Source: a virus (taxonomy: Duplodnaviria > Caudoviricetes). Taken from it: 36,942 nt of DNA. Positions 17,977 to 26,284 of the stretch are shown here, one piece after another. The stretch covers positions 1 to 36,942 of the IMG/VR virus record IMGVR_UViG_3300037790_000013; one strand, 5' to 3'. The position numbers and the translations under genes are program-made. The notes under the pieces were generated by a model. The model worked only from the letters and a program-made list of their open reading frames with translations. It made no database searches and had not been told where the DNA came from. Numbering within the stretch: position 1 is the first letter of the stretch; every line of letters begins with the position of its first letter.

Positions 17977-18171
17977 TCATACGCCTGCACCTTCCCCACA
18001 AATATTTATTCCAAAGTGTTTGGCCATTTCTATAACATCACTTTTGTGAATCAATACCGCTTCAGTCTCTTTTTTAATAAGAACCTCAACGGTTTCTGCA
18101 ATAATATTGTGTTCTCCAATTAGAACACCTTCAATATCATTATCTGCAAATTTGTAATTCTTTAGCATCAC
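17977..18171 (-). CDS. Hypothetical protein
   Basis: GGAGG RBS, coupled to the upstream gene. Confidence 0.65.
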   Translation of the reverse strand: MMLKNYKFADNDIEGVLIGEHNIIAETVEVLIKKETEAVLIHKSDVIEMAKHFGINICGEGAGV

Positions 18172-18662
18172 ACCCCCTCCTTATCTAGCAGATCTGGGTT
18201 TTCGTATATCCAATTATACCCTCCGGCAGTAGCTCTTAACCCATTGAGACAAGCGCTCATATTGCCTTGACTTATTCCAGTATCAATTACCGCTTGCCTC
18301 TGGGACTTGTGCTTTTTAATCAATTTATCTCCTTGCATCTGAAGAACCGGACCCTTTCTAACTCGGCGCTCCATTGTTTGTTTATATCTATTTTCAGACC
18401 ACGAGAGCCACTGAACATTTTTTTTCTCATACCCTTTTTTATTGGATATGCGATCTATAGATGGCTTAAATTCTTTTCTATGGCCAGACTTTTCCCACTC
18501 GTTAAACAGCCTGTCAAATTTCTTACATTTAGAGAATTCCTGTAGCCACGCCAAATCAAACTCTACATAGTTCCTAGATTTCATTTTGTGGTAAAGATTC
18601 GTAACAAGCCCTTTTTTGGTCTTCCGATAACGGCGAGTAGTCTCTAGTGATTTCGACACCAT
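18168..18662 (-). CDS. HNH-like endonuclease with a NUMOD1-type C-terminal DNA-binding domain
   Basis: PSIDRI..KGY...NVQWLSWSEN; SQRQA...TGISQGNMSACLNG.RATAGGYNW. Start uncertain. Confidence 0.75.
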   Translation of the reverse strand: MVSKSLETTRRYRKTKKGLVTNLYHKMKSRNYVEFDLAWLQEFSKCKKFDRLFNEWEKSGHRKEFKPSIDRISNKKGYEKKNVQWLSWSENRYKQTMERRVRKGPVLQMQGDKLIKKHKSQRQAVIDTGISQGNMSACLNGLRATAGGYNWIYENPDLLDKEGV

Positions 18663-18966
18663 TGGCAATCTGCAAGTAATAATTATAAAAATCAATTATG
18701 TCTCCGCTTGATATATTAATCAAGACATAATTAACTTTATTTTTAGAGACAATATATTTTTTATTTATTTCGCATTCTTCATATATCTCTACCCCGTTCT
18801 TGTCCTTTAGGCCGGTGTATTGCATTAGCTTAAAATTTAAGGCAACATCATTAGGCTCGCCATGAATGCAATAATGCCTTAATCTTGGCGTTCCGTCATC
18901 GCTGTCTATGGAAAATTCCGTTTGCATTTTATACCCATCCCAAGCGCGAAACTTTATCTCTCTCAT
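18574..18966 (-). CDS. YopX family protein
   Basis: MREIKFRAWD and LMQYTGLKDKNGVEIYE signatures. Confidence 0.9.
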   Translation of the reverse strand: MREIKFRAWDGYKMQTEFSIDSDDGTPRLRHYCIHGEPNDVALNFKLMQYTGLKDKNGVEIYEECEINKKYIVSKNKVNYVLINISSGDIIDFYNYYLQIANGVEITRDYSPLSEDQKRACYESLPQNEI

Positions 18967-18993
18967 AGTATCTCCTATTTACCATTTACTATT

Positions 18994-19410
18994 TTAATCG
19001 CTTGAAATAACCTCAAAATCAATTAAGCGATCGCCATCAGCATTAATTTTGACATTAACGGGCTGAACCTCAGTGATCAAGCCAAAGCTGGGCTGAAGAT
19101 TCCTTTTGCTCATCCATTCGTCTACAAAATTAGAGACAGCATCTTGAAGTTCTAAACAATCCTCATTACTAAACCATGATTCAGCGCACTCCCCTATATT
19201 GTCATATGCATTTTCTATCATGGATTCAGCCACGCTAGGCAAATGATCAGACGCCTTAGACTTCTGTAGCAAGCCCTTGTAAACAGTTATTACGCTGCCG
19301 TCATGCAAGTCGCTGCTATCTTGAAACACATCATTGACCGGATCAAAAAGATCCGTTGAGGCATTCTCCCAAAAATCATCATCCTTTGAAAAAAATATTT
19401 CTTCACTCAT
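18994..19410 (-). CDS. Acidic hypothetical protein
   Basis: Start re-called to the ATG at 19410, just after the TerL stop. Confidence 0.7.
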   Translation of the reverse strand: MSEEIFFSKDDDFWENASTDLFDPVNDVFQDSSDLHDGSVITVYKGLLQKSKASDHLPSVAESMIENAYDNIGECAESWFSNEDCLELQDAVSNFVDEWMSKRNLQPSFGLITEVQPVNVKINADGDRLIDFEVISSD

Positions 19411-19417
19411 AATTTTA

Positions 19418-20821
19418 TTACCATTTACTATTGAGACTAGGAATATACACGTAGTCTTCTTCTTTTTCTGTGACGGGGTTCGCAAAACACATAATTAGTG
19501 CATCAGCCATGTTAGGCGATGGAATACCATCTTTACGCATATCTTCCTTGCTGACCAGCTGTATCAATCGGCTGCCTGACGTTCTCTTGCGCTGCTGGCG
19601 GACTAACTCAGACTTAAGCTGACCCAGGTCTTCAATATCACTAGACAGGCTTATCAGCTCTTCAGGGTCAATATACTCGCCTTTCTCTACTGCTCTATAC
19701 GTCTTCTCGAACCGATCACGTAATAGCCACCAATACTGGGCACGCTTATTCCTAAACGTATCCTTATTGAGTCTGTCCCCTTTGTATTTTTTCTTAGGGA
19801 AGTCCACTCCATCAGCAGCACCAAAGCCCGACACAGCCAGGTTACGTGAGCCCACGCGCTCTTCTAGCCCAACCTTTACCCCAGCTCCCACGCCAATGGA
19901 GTCATATACTAGATCGTCAGCTCTATTCTCAAATGCGTAATCAAACGCTTTGCCTATTGCTGTCTCCAGGTCGCCCGTGTCCCATTGGAGTACATCATGA
20001 ACAACAGCGCCATGCCTAAACGCAAGCGCCTTGCTATCCTTCCCGCTATCAGCAGGATCAAAGCCCACTACCCTTTCGCCTCTACCCTCAAAGCCTAGCT
20101 TCTTGTGTGCGTCTATTGCAGCCTCTACCCATTCAGGCTCTATGATTGAGTCTTCGTAGTCTGCGTTACATTCACCACGCCATACGTGCAGATACTTCTT
20201 GTAGTTCTCTGCCTTACACTTTTCCATCTCAATGCGCAGTTCTTCAGGGAACCAGGGATTATCCTCATGGTTAACCATGCACACGTATATATAATCGTCT
20301 TCGTAATAGCCGTTCTTCAGTATTTCTTTTATGTGCGGAGAGATGTAGTTCTTGTAACAGGGATCAGTCTCGTCATGCGGGTTCAGACTCATCCATATCT
20401 CACTACCTGGTTTACGTATGGTCGGTATTAATACGTCCAATGTCTTCTGAGTGATCGTGTTAGCTTCTTCTATCCATACAATGTCTGTGCCTTCTACAGA
20501 CTTAATAGACATGATGTTGCGAGCTAAGCCTTTAAAGCTAAACTCTGAGCCATTCTGTCCGTAGATAGCGGTTGCCTGTACATCATAGAAGGAATCCAGG
20601 CCACACGCTGTCATGCGGTCACTTAGTAGCGTTAATACGGAATCATCAATAGAGTTCTGAAACTCACGAGCACACAGCACACGCTTAGGCTCCTGCGCTG
20701 CAATAATAGCCAGTGCTTGAGCAAACCCCCATGATTTAGCACCACCCCTGCCACCAAAGAATATCTTCATACGCTTTGGCTTGAACAGGGGTTGGAACTT
20801 TTCAGCTATCTGAACTTGCAT
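19418..20821 (-). CDS. terL: Terminase large subunit (PBSX XtmB-like)
   Basis: Walker A GGRGGAKS, CAREFQNSI, Walker B IVWIEEA, PTIRK, GFDPAD, SPNMADAL. Confidence 0.95.
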   Translation of the reverse strand: MQVQIAEKFQPLFKPKRMKIFFGGRGGAKSWGFAQALAIIAAQEPKRVLCAREFQNSIDDSVLTLLSDRMTACGLDSFYDVQATAIYGQNGSEFSFKGLARNIMSIKSVEGTDIVWIEEANTITQKTLDVLIPTIRKPGSEIWMSLNPHDETDPCYKNYISPHIKEILKNGYYEDDYIYVCMVNHEDNPWFPEELRIEMEKCKAENYKKYLHVWRGECNADYEDSIIEPEWVEAAIDAHKKLGFEGRGERVVGFDPADSGKDSKALAFRHGAVVHDVLQWDTGDLETAIGKAFDYAFENRADDLVYDSIGVGAGVKVGLEERVGSRNLAVSGFGAADGVDFPKKKYKGDRLNKDTFRNKRAQYWWLLRDRFEKTYRAVEKGEYIDPEELISLSSDIEDLGQLKSELVRQQRKRTSGSRLIQLVSKEDMRKDGIPSPNMADALIMCFANPVTEKEEDYVYIPSLNSKW

Positions 20822-20831
20822 TTACGCCAGA

Positions 20832-21131
20832 CTAGCCTTGATTCAATCGCTCTTTTAGCAAATAGCCTTCTAGCTGCCAAATCTTTTCACGGGCATTCTT
20901 ACGGGCAATCTTGCGTCCAAGCTCTGCGTCAAAGTTTTCAGGACTGGCGCAGGCGCTTTCACCTGTAACCGTAAACCCGTTTCGCAACGTCAAACAGCAA
21001 ACCGTTAACTGGCTACCGTCGAATACGTGATAACTCTCACCAGCAATAGCAGCATCTATTAACTCTGGCGTAAGTCTTGGCGCATTAAGCCCCTTTTCCT
21101 GTATTTCTCGTTCTATCGCTTGTTCACTCAT
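20832..21131 (-). CDS. N4 Gp49/Sf6 gp66 family protein (candidate nucleotide-signal sponge)
   Basis: APRLT, LTVCCLTLRNGFTVTGESACASPENFDAELGRKIA, IWQLEGYLL; GGAGG RBS. Confidence 0.85.
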   Translation of the reverse strand: MSEQAIEREIQEKGLNAPRLTPELIDAAIAGESYHVFDGSQLTVCCLTLRNGFTVTGESACASPENFDAELGRKIARKNAREKIWQLEGYLLKERLNQG

Positions 21132-21161
21132 TCTTTGCCCTCCTTCAGGCATATTAAAAAA

Positions 21162-21632
21162 CTATTCTTTGTCACTCTTTACAAATTCAACCTTAATCCC
21201 ACTTGAGCCTTCATCATTATTAAGCTTTAGCGTCTTAGTGGATTGCTCTAGCCCACATATCTTGTCTACTCGCGTTAATGCCTTCAGTGCTAAGTCATAG
21301 CTTTGTGTAGTCCTAGCGCCATCTTCGCCCATTAATGTCTTAACCTCTTCGAAGATCTTCCTATACTCTTCTACCTGGCTTTCCATGGTCACTTCTAGCT
21401 TCTTTTGTATCTGTCCCTTTAGTTCTTTAACCCTTGAAGACACCTTGGTGTCAGCAAATAAAACTGATGCAGCCTCATGTATGCTTTTATCTGTCATATT
21501 CTCGACATTATAATTATTTCTATACGCATCAGCCTGAGTCATCTTATTTACTACGTGATCTACTGCTGCTCCTTCTTGTTTAGCAGTTAGAGCTTTAGTG
21601 TTTTGGTTTTCTTCTGGTGCTTTTTTAGGCAT
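21162..21632 (-). CDS. terS: Terminase small subunit
   Basis: LTAKQE...QADAYR..Y...AS.L....V..RV.EL pattern; upstream of TerL. Confidence 0.8.
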   Translation of the reverse strand: MPKKAPEENQNTKALTAKQEGAAVDHVVNKMTQADAYRNNYNVENMTDKSIHEAASVLFADTKVSSRVKELKGQIQKKLEVTMESQVEEYRKIFEEVKTLMGEDGARTTQSYDLALKALTRVDKICGLEQSTKTLKLNNDEGSSGIKVEFVKSDKE

Positions 21633-21900
21633 CTTTCTTTATCTCTCTTAACCAGTGCAATTCGCTTATGCCCATATCTTTAAAGTCATTCCATTCTCTG
21701 CCATGCGCTTTCTCGTAGTTACGCTCTGTCATGACAATAGGCTGCTCATAATTCCCTATAGAATCACCGACAAATTTCTCCATGATCTCATGAGCTTTAA
21801 CCACATCAGGATGCGAGCCACCCTACCGCAATAAAGAACTTATTTTTTTATCGCCCCATTGCTTTATGGTTAATCCGCTATCTGCTAGTTTTTTAGTCAT
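21625..21900 (-). pseudogene. 91-codon frame interrupted by one in-frame TAG (21823-21825)
   Basis: GAGG RBS and ATG at 21900. After the TAG the frame stays open to a TAA overlapping the terS start. Confidence 0.6.
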
Positions 21901-21969
21901 TACGCACCTCTATCAATCGATCAACAAAAGAGCACAAGGCATATCCAATGCAAAACAGCAGTAAATAGC

Positions 21970-22248
21970 TCATTTTGTAACCTCTCTTTTAATTAGCTTT
22001 TTGTCCACATCAAAGTTCCCAGAGAATGCAGCGCCTATGGTTAGGAATGCCTCAGCTATTCCAGCATCACAGCTATCGCTTCCAAAGTTGGCTCTAGAGT
22101 AAAATGGATACGTATACCTGAAATCACCAATAACGGTCGAGACTTCTACATAGTAGGAATTATTGTGCGATATGTAATGAGACATAAGCTCATAATCCGA
22201 ACCAAGAACATGGATTGTCTTATTATCTACGTTAGGATCAGACACCAT
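21970..22248 (-). CDS. Hypothetical protein
   Basis: GAGG RBS; tight packing. Confidence 0.65.
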   Translation of the reverse strand: MVSDPNVDNKTIHVLGSDYELMSHYISHNNSYYVEVSTVIGDFRYTYPFYSRANFGSDSCDAGIAEAFLTIGAAFSGNFDVDKKLIKREVTK

Positions 22249-22504
22249 ACACCTCTGCGTTATATTGTTTCATTATAGAGTCAAAACTATTTTCTGGCCT
22301 TGGATGTAGTTTGTGCAAGCTACCCTCTAGCCACCAACGGGATTCCGGCAGCTTAACAGACTTGTAAATCCAACACCCCACAAACTCACTATAACTAGAT
22401 TCAGTTATTTCATCCCTGTCACTGTCCCATTTTCCAGAAACAATACCCTTTGTTTTTACCTCTTCACCTACACAGAATTTAGGTTTATTCATTACCTTCT
22501 CCAT
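22238..22504 (-). CDS. Hypothetical protein (SH3-like, KFCVGEEV)
   Basis: Overlapping operon packing; start may be at 22492. Confidence 0.6.
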   Translation of the reverse strand: MEKVMNKPKFCVGEEVKTKGIVSGKWDSDRDEITESSYSEFVGCWIYKSVKLPESRWWLEGSLHKLHPRPENSFDSIMKQYNAEVYGV

Positions 22505-22835
22505 GTTCCACGTGAAACATCCCTAAACTATCTACACGCTTTTCTAGCTCTGTTACTGTTTCTGATAGCCTGTCTATGCTTTCGTCTAGAGTGGGTTGGC
22601 AGCCTGCGCTTTCCAGGAGAGCCCTGAACTCTTCGTCAGTCATGGTCTCCATTTCGTCAATAGCTGCATCTACACGGGTTTTTAGCGTATTCATATTTAT
22701 TCCAAATTTATTTTCAATACGACTTAAAGTGTACTTTAGATCTTTTATAGAGGCTTCCAAGTTGTCTGGATTTTGACTTTCTGCCTCATGAATCACAGTT
22801 TGCATAAACACCACATTTCCACTAACAAGCGACAT
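22485..22835 (-). CDS. Hypothetical protein
   Basis: Start re-called to 22835 (GGAGG RBS); its 3' end contains parS. Confidence 0.6.
   Translation of the reverse strand: MSLVSGNVVFMQTVIHEAESQNPDNLEASIKDLKYTLSRIENKFGINMNTLKTRVDAAIDEMETMTDEEFRALLESAGCQPTLDESIDRLSETVTELEKRVDSLGMFHVEHGEGNE
22504..22519. promoter_or_regulatory. parS: parS centromere-like site (chromosomal ParB/Spo0J type)
   Basis: TGTTCCACGTGAAACA is a 16/16 match to TGTTNCACGTGAAACA. Confidence 0.75.
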
Positions 22836-22926
22836 TAAACCCTCCCGACTATATAAATAATATAACCAAAGCAAGCAATACCAGAGCAAAGCAGTGTAAT
22901 AAGAATAATATCATTGATTACATCCA

Positions 22927-23181
22927 CTACATGATTCCTGTTATTACACACTCACTAGAACACTCTACTTGCAAAATCTGATAAATATTATTAGCTTTCC
23001 TTTCGCACTTATACCAGTAATAGTCACCATTTTTATTCCTAGTGGTTCCTGAATTTCTGCATGACGCATCGTACTTTTCATTCAACTGAGGGGAAAGGTC
23101 ATTTCCTACAGGGGGATTTAAATCCACGTAACAGACAAATACCAAACTAATTAAAAACAAAATTCCAATAAACTTACCCAC
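22927..23181 (-). CDS. Small exported or membrane-anchored Cys-containing protein
   Basis: N-terminal signal/TM, 4 Cys in the mature part, GGAGG RBS. Confidence 0.65.
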   Translation of the reverse strand: MGKFIGILFLISLVFVCYVDLNPPVGNDLSPQLNEKYDASCRNSGTTRNKNGDYYWYKCERKANNIYQILQVECSSECVITGIM

Positions 23182-23789
23182 TACTCACCCTCCCAATAAG
23201 CATCTAGCTCATCCAGGAATGTGCCGGGTTTACGGTATTCAGAGAAATAGGCTGCCACTAGGATAATGGCTAATAAAACGAGTACTTCTGTTATTTGTCT
23301 AGGCATGAGCATCAACCTCCAATCCAGGCTGATCCCAATTGTAAAGCTCAGCTCGTATTTCTATTTTGCTGCCATCAGCAAAAAAAAGACAAATATATTC
23401 GTCCTTATCTTCAACGATACGCTTGAGTACTTTTCCTTCAAAGTCTTTTAAATTAATCATTTTCACATCCTCACACAGTGCTGTGCGGCTATAATGCTTT
23501 GATTATATTAGCATAATTTTATTTTAATGGCATCTCTTTGCCGCAATCTTTACATATCCTAACGGTTTTTCTACCCTTGGACTTATACATAATTCGGTGA
23601 TGTGGGCACTTTTTAAACAACGCCTGCCAACCGATTATTGCCCAGGCAAATATCATAAATAGGGCTGCGTAAAATATATAATCAAACATCCTGTTAGCAC
23701 TCCTACGGCCATACCGTATGTTAAGTCTGATAGTTTACCACTAGTCTTGTGGCTTATCCCTGTTAGGGTGAGTGTTATTACTAGGTGTG

Positions 23790-24149
23790 TCATTCTTTAT
23801 ACTCCAGAAGCCACACTGGATAACCGGTTGCTTGATTGCAATACTCAGAAATTAATACAATCTCTAATTCGGGTTTTTCAAACCAATCTCTTAAAAATTC
23901 TTCTATTCTTTTTGGGTTACGATTCCCCCAGTAATCACCTTCATTTCCAAAGTGCTTTATACACAATTCATTGTATTTTTTATAATCAAACTGATAAAGC
24001 CTGTCAGTGTAAACAGACCCTGTAACCTCGGAATTATCACCACCGCGCCACTGTACAAATCCATCATAACTGTATGGATGGCTTGCCTTTGTTTTCTTTA
24101 CAGGAGCACCATCACGATCTATAAGACCATATTTGGCAATATAATTCAT
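23790..24149 (-). CDS. Hypothetical protein
   Basis: ATGA coupling; HPYSYD and CNQATGYPVW motifs. Confidence 0.75.
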   Translation of the reverse strand: MNYIAKYGLIDRDGAPVKKTKASHPYSYDGFVQWRGGDNSEVTGSVYTDRLYQFDYKKYNELCIKHFGNEGDYWGNRNPKRIEEFLRDWFEKPELEIVLISEYCNQATGYPVWLLEYKE

Positions 24150-24505
24150 CCCTTATTCTCCAGATATGCTAGTACTACTGCTTTCATGCAGTCGGTTCTA
24201 GTGAATGCCGTCACTACTCCCCAAGGGGATGGGCATTGATAAAACTTAAATTCGCCAACACCATTTAAATAATTATTAGTCCTAGCCCCAAACTCATGAG
24301 GTGAAACACCCTTATCCATACACCACTCAGTCAGTGCTCGCCATTGGGCGTCGTCGTTGCGGGGGTCCCATTCGTCAAAATAAATAGAATAAATGTACTT
24401 ATCTCCATTAGTGTAAGCTCTCATCTCCCATTTTTGAGACCCAGGACAACTAGGCATAACCTCATTAGCTATCTGTAGCTCTTGTTCCGGTGTGAATGTG
24501 CTCAT
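24146..24505 (-). CDS. Hypothetical protein
   Basis: AAGGT RBS; resembles 26879..27265. Confidence 0.7.
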   Translation of the reverse strand: MSTFTPEQELQIANEVMPSCPGSQKWEMRAYTNGDKYIYSIYFDEWDPRNDDAQWRALTEWCMDKGVSPHEFGARTNNYLNGVGEFKFYQCPSPWGVVTAFTRTDCMKAVVLAYLENKG

Positions 24506-24635
24506 TACTTTACCTTTTGATTATCTAATTGCCTTATAACATCTAATGGAAAGCCCATTGTTTGTCTTGGATAGTCCTGATGTACGGTTATTTGTACAGG
24601 AATATTAAATGCTGTAATGATTAGTATTATTCCTA

Positions 24636-25022
24636 TCACTTTTTTAGCTCCAAGTTTTCATCATAAGATCCAATTCTGTTTCCAGTATTGAAGTCTATTT
24701 TCTTTTTTATGTCGTACATTCTTAGCCTCATATCTAAACTACCCACAGATAAATGATTTCCTTCACTGTCGATAACATCCCAAAATACTGAAAAGCCATA
24801 AAAATGCACTATCTCTCCTGTTTCGCAGTGCTTCATGTAAACGCTTACATTTGGGTATCTTCCACTTGAACCTGAGTATTTTTTACAGCCATAGAATTGC
24901 AAAGATGCGTAGTATTTTTTTAACAGTCTCGAATCCACATAAATTTTCAATAATTGATAACCACATACAACAAGAGCAATGCACGACACAAAAATAATTA
25001 AGCCTAAAATAGTAAGTAACAT
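24636..25022 (-). CDS. Membrane-anchored hypothetical protein
   Basis: N-terminal TM helix; RBS present. Confidence 0.7.
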   Translation of the reverse strand: MLLTILGLIIFVSCIALVVCGYQLLKIYVDSRLLKKYYASLQFYGCKKYSGSSGRYPNVSVYMKHCETGEIVHFYGFSVFWDVIDSEGNHLSVGSLDMRLRMYDIKKKIDFNTGNRIGSYDENLELKK

Positions 25023-25033
25023 TTACTTCCCCT

Positions 25034-25258
25034 TTAACAATTACAAGGGCCTGCATAGCAAGCTTGTTGATGCTCTAGCTTCTCTTTGCACTTTATGCAC
25101 GTATCTGTTCCACCCGTGGCTATTTGACGTTCTAAGCTAATCTGGTTGCCACATTCTATACAATCTTCTGTAGCTTGTACCTGAATTGACTTGTGGTGTG
25201 TTAGAGAGCTGTTTATCTGTATTTCTTGTAGCTCTTGTGCTTTATCTGCTATATCCAT
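25034..25258 (-). CDS. TraR/DksA C4 zinc-finger protein
   Basis: MDIADKAQ (DxxDxA), CIECG...ER......CIKC. Confidence 0.88.
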   Translation of the reverse strand: MDIADKAQELQEIQINSSLTHHKSIQVQATEDCIECGNQISLERQIATGGTDTCIKCKEKLEHQQACYAGPCNC

Positions 25259-25260
25259 CT

Positions 25261-25443
25261 TTACTGCCCCTCCGGCCATGTAAATGCATCTGCATCACCT
25301 TTTAAAACCTTCCACGCATCTTTAAGACGAGAGAAAAATCCATCAGCATAAAATAACGGCTCAGGCCTAGCAGGAACCCATTTTCCATTAATTTCAACTC
25401 TATATTCAGGAGCGCTTTTTATTAAACCTTCAAGGGTGTACAT
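25261..25443 (-). CDS. Hypothetical protein
   Basis: GAGG RBS; GKWVPARP...RLKDAWKVLKGDADA. Confidence 0.75.
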   Translation of the reverse strand: MYTLEGLIKSAPEYRVEINGKWVPARPEPLFYADGFFSRLKDAWKVLKGDADAFTWPEGQ

Positions 25444-25477
25444 GTTTATTCCTCTTTGTTGTTATTAATTGCATTTG

Positions 25478-25525
25478 TTGCGGGTCATGGATTCGAACCA
25501 TGAAAGCCGGTTCCGCCAACCCGCA
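25478..25525 (-). ncRNA. tRNA-like RNA lacking the anticodon arm
   Basis: 7-bp acceptor TGCGGGT/ACCCGCA, D-like TGGCGGAACCGG, perfect T-arm CATGG-TTCGAAT-CCATG; only 48 nt. Confidence 0.65.
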
Positions 25526-25609
25526 ACAGTTACAATCAAATTACCGCTTAACGCAACCCTGAGCGGTGCAGGTTTTTTGGAGACCTACCAGTGCGCCTCT
25601 GATGTAGTT

Positions 25610-25652
25610 AATATAGCCTACCTATTCACTGCTTTCTGTGAACTTTGTCACA
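25610..25652 (-). promoter_or_regulatory. CRP-box promoter
   Basis: TGTGA-CAAAGT-TCACA GAAA, 21 bp, then TATATT. Confidence 0.75.
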
Positions 25653-25822
25653 AATTTAATACCTAAATTAGTTAATTTTGCAGATTTTGTTAGTGGGTCG
25701 TAAGTTGCTAGCCCTCTATTAGCCATTAGCTCTATAGTTTCGTGATCAATTTCTACTCCATTTTGCACAGCCATGCAGTATTCACTTAGTAAGCTGTTTT
25801 TCTTTTCCATTGTAGTTTTCAT
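25622..25822 (-). CDS. Small winged-helix-like hypothetical protein
   Basis: RGLA....AKLTNLG wing motif; ATGA coupling at 25819-25822. Confidence 0.55.
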   Translation of the reverse strand: MKTTMEKKNSLLSEYCMAVQNGVEIDHETIELMANRGLATYDPLTKSAKLTNLGIKFVTKFTESSE

Positions 25823-26094
25823 ATAGCCACCACTGGCGTTGCCTTGGCGTACTTTTGCCAATTCTTTATCTTATGATGTCTTGATGATTCAAGCGGCTCT
25901 ACAAGGCCCCTAGCGGCTAGGGCGTTACGTCTTGCAGCTACAGTGCTGTGCTCCATGTCTAGCTCTTCCGCTATTTCTCTATTAGTCCAGCCTATTCTTC
26001 TTGGGTGCTTCTTAAGGAATTTATATATCCTGGCGCGTTGAGCTTCTTTATCTACCTTTGAATAAGCTTCTTTACTTGTGTTTGCTACTGGCAT
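25819..26094 (-). CDS. Winged helix-turn-helix protein
   Basis: TNREIAEELDMEHSTVAARRNALAARGLV. Confidence 0.8.
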   Translation of the reverse strand: MPVANTSKEAYSKVDKEAQRARIYKFLKKHPRRIGWTNREIAEELDMEHSTVAARRNALAARGLVEPLESSRHHKIKNWQKYAKATPVVAI

Positions 26095-26095
26095 A

Positions 26096-26284
26096 TTACC
26101 CTCCTAATATAAAAAACTTCTCTAAGTCATTCATTACCCTGTCCTCTACTACTTTTCTTTGCATTGTGGCTGCATTAGCGCACTTTCTACATCTTAGGTA
26201 TAAACCATCTTCTCTGCTCTTGTTTTTTCCGAAAGAAGCTAATGATTTACGCTTTTTACAGCCTGTGCATACTTTTGTTTTCAT
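26096..26284 (-). CDS. Small C4 zinc-finger protein
   Basis: KVCTGC..K....F......DGL...CRKC. Confidence 0.75.
   Translation of the reverse strand: MKTKVCTGCKKRKSLASFGKNKSREDGLYLRCRKCANAATMQRKVVEDRVMNDLEKFFILGG

Noticed and set aside
21937-21952. AGGCATA-TCCA-ATGCA sigma54-like site
   Set aside because: Several mismatches and antisense to local genes; could be chance.
25478-25525. Functional tRNA gene or attP site
   Set aside because: No anticodon arm or CCA, and no integrase in the genome to use a tRNA-derived att core.
25819-26094. Winged-HTH protein as a CI repressor or replication initiator
   Set aside because: Only 91 aa, mid-operon, with no peptidase domain, no divergent cro and no internal iterons. 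A regulatory role remains possible.
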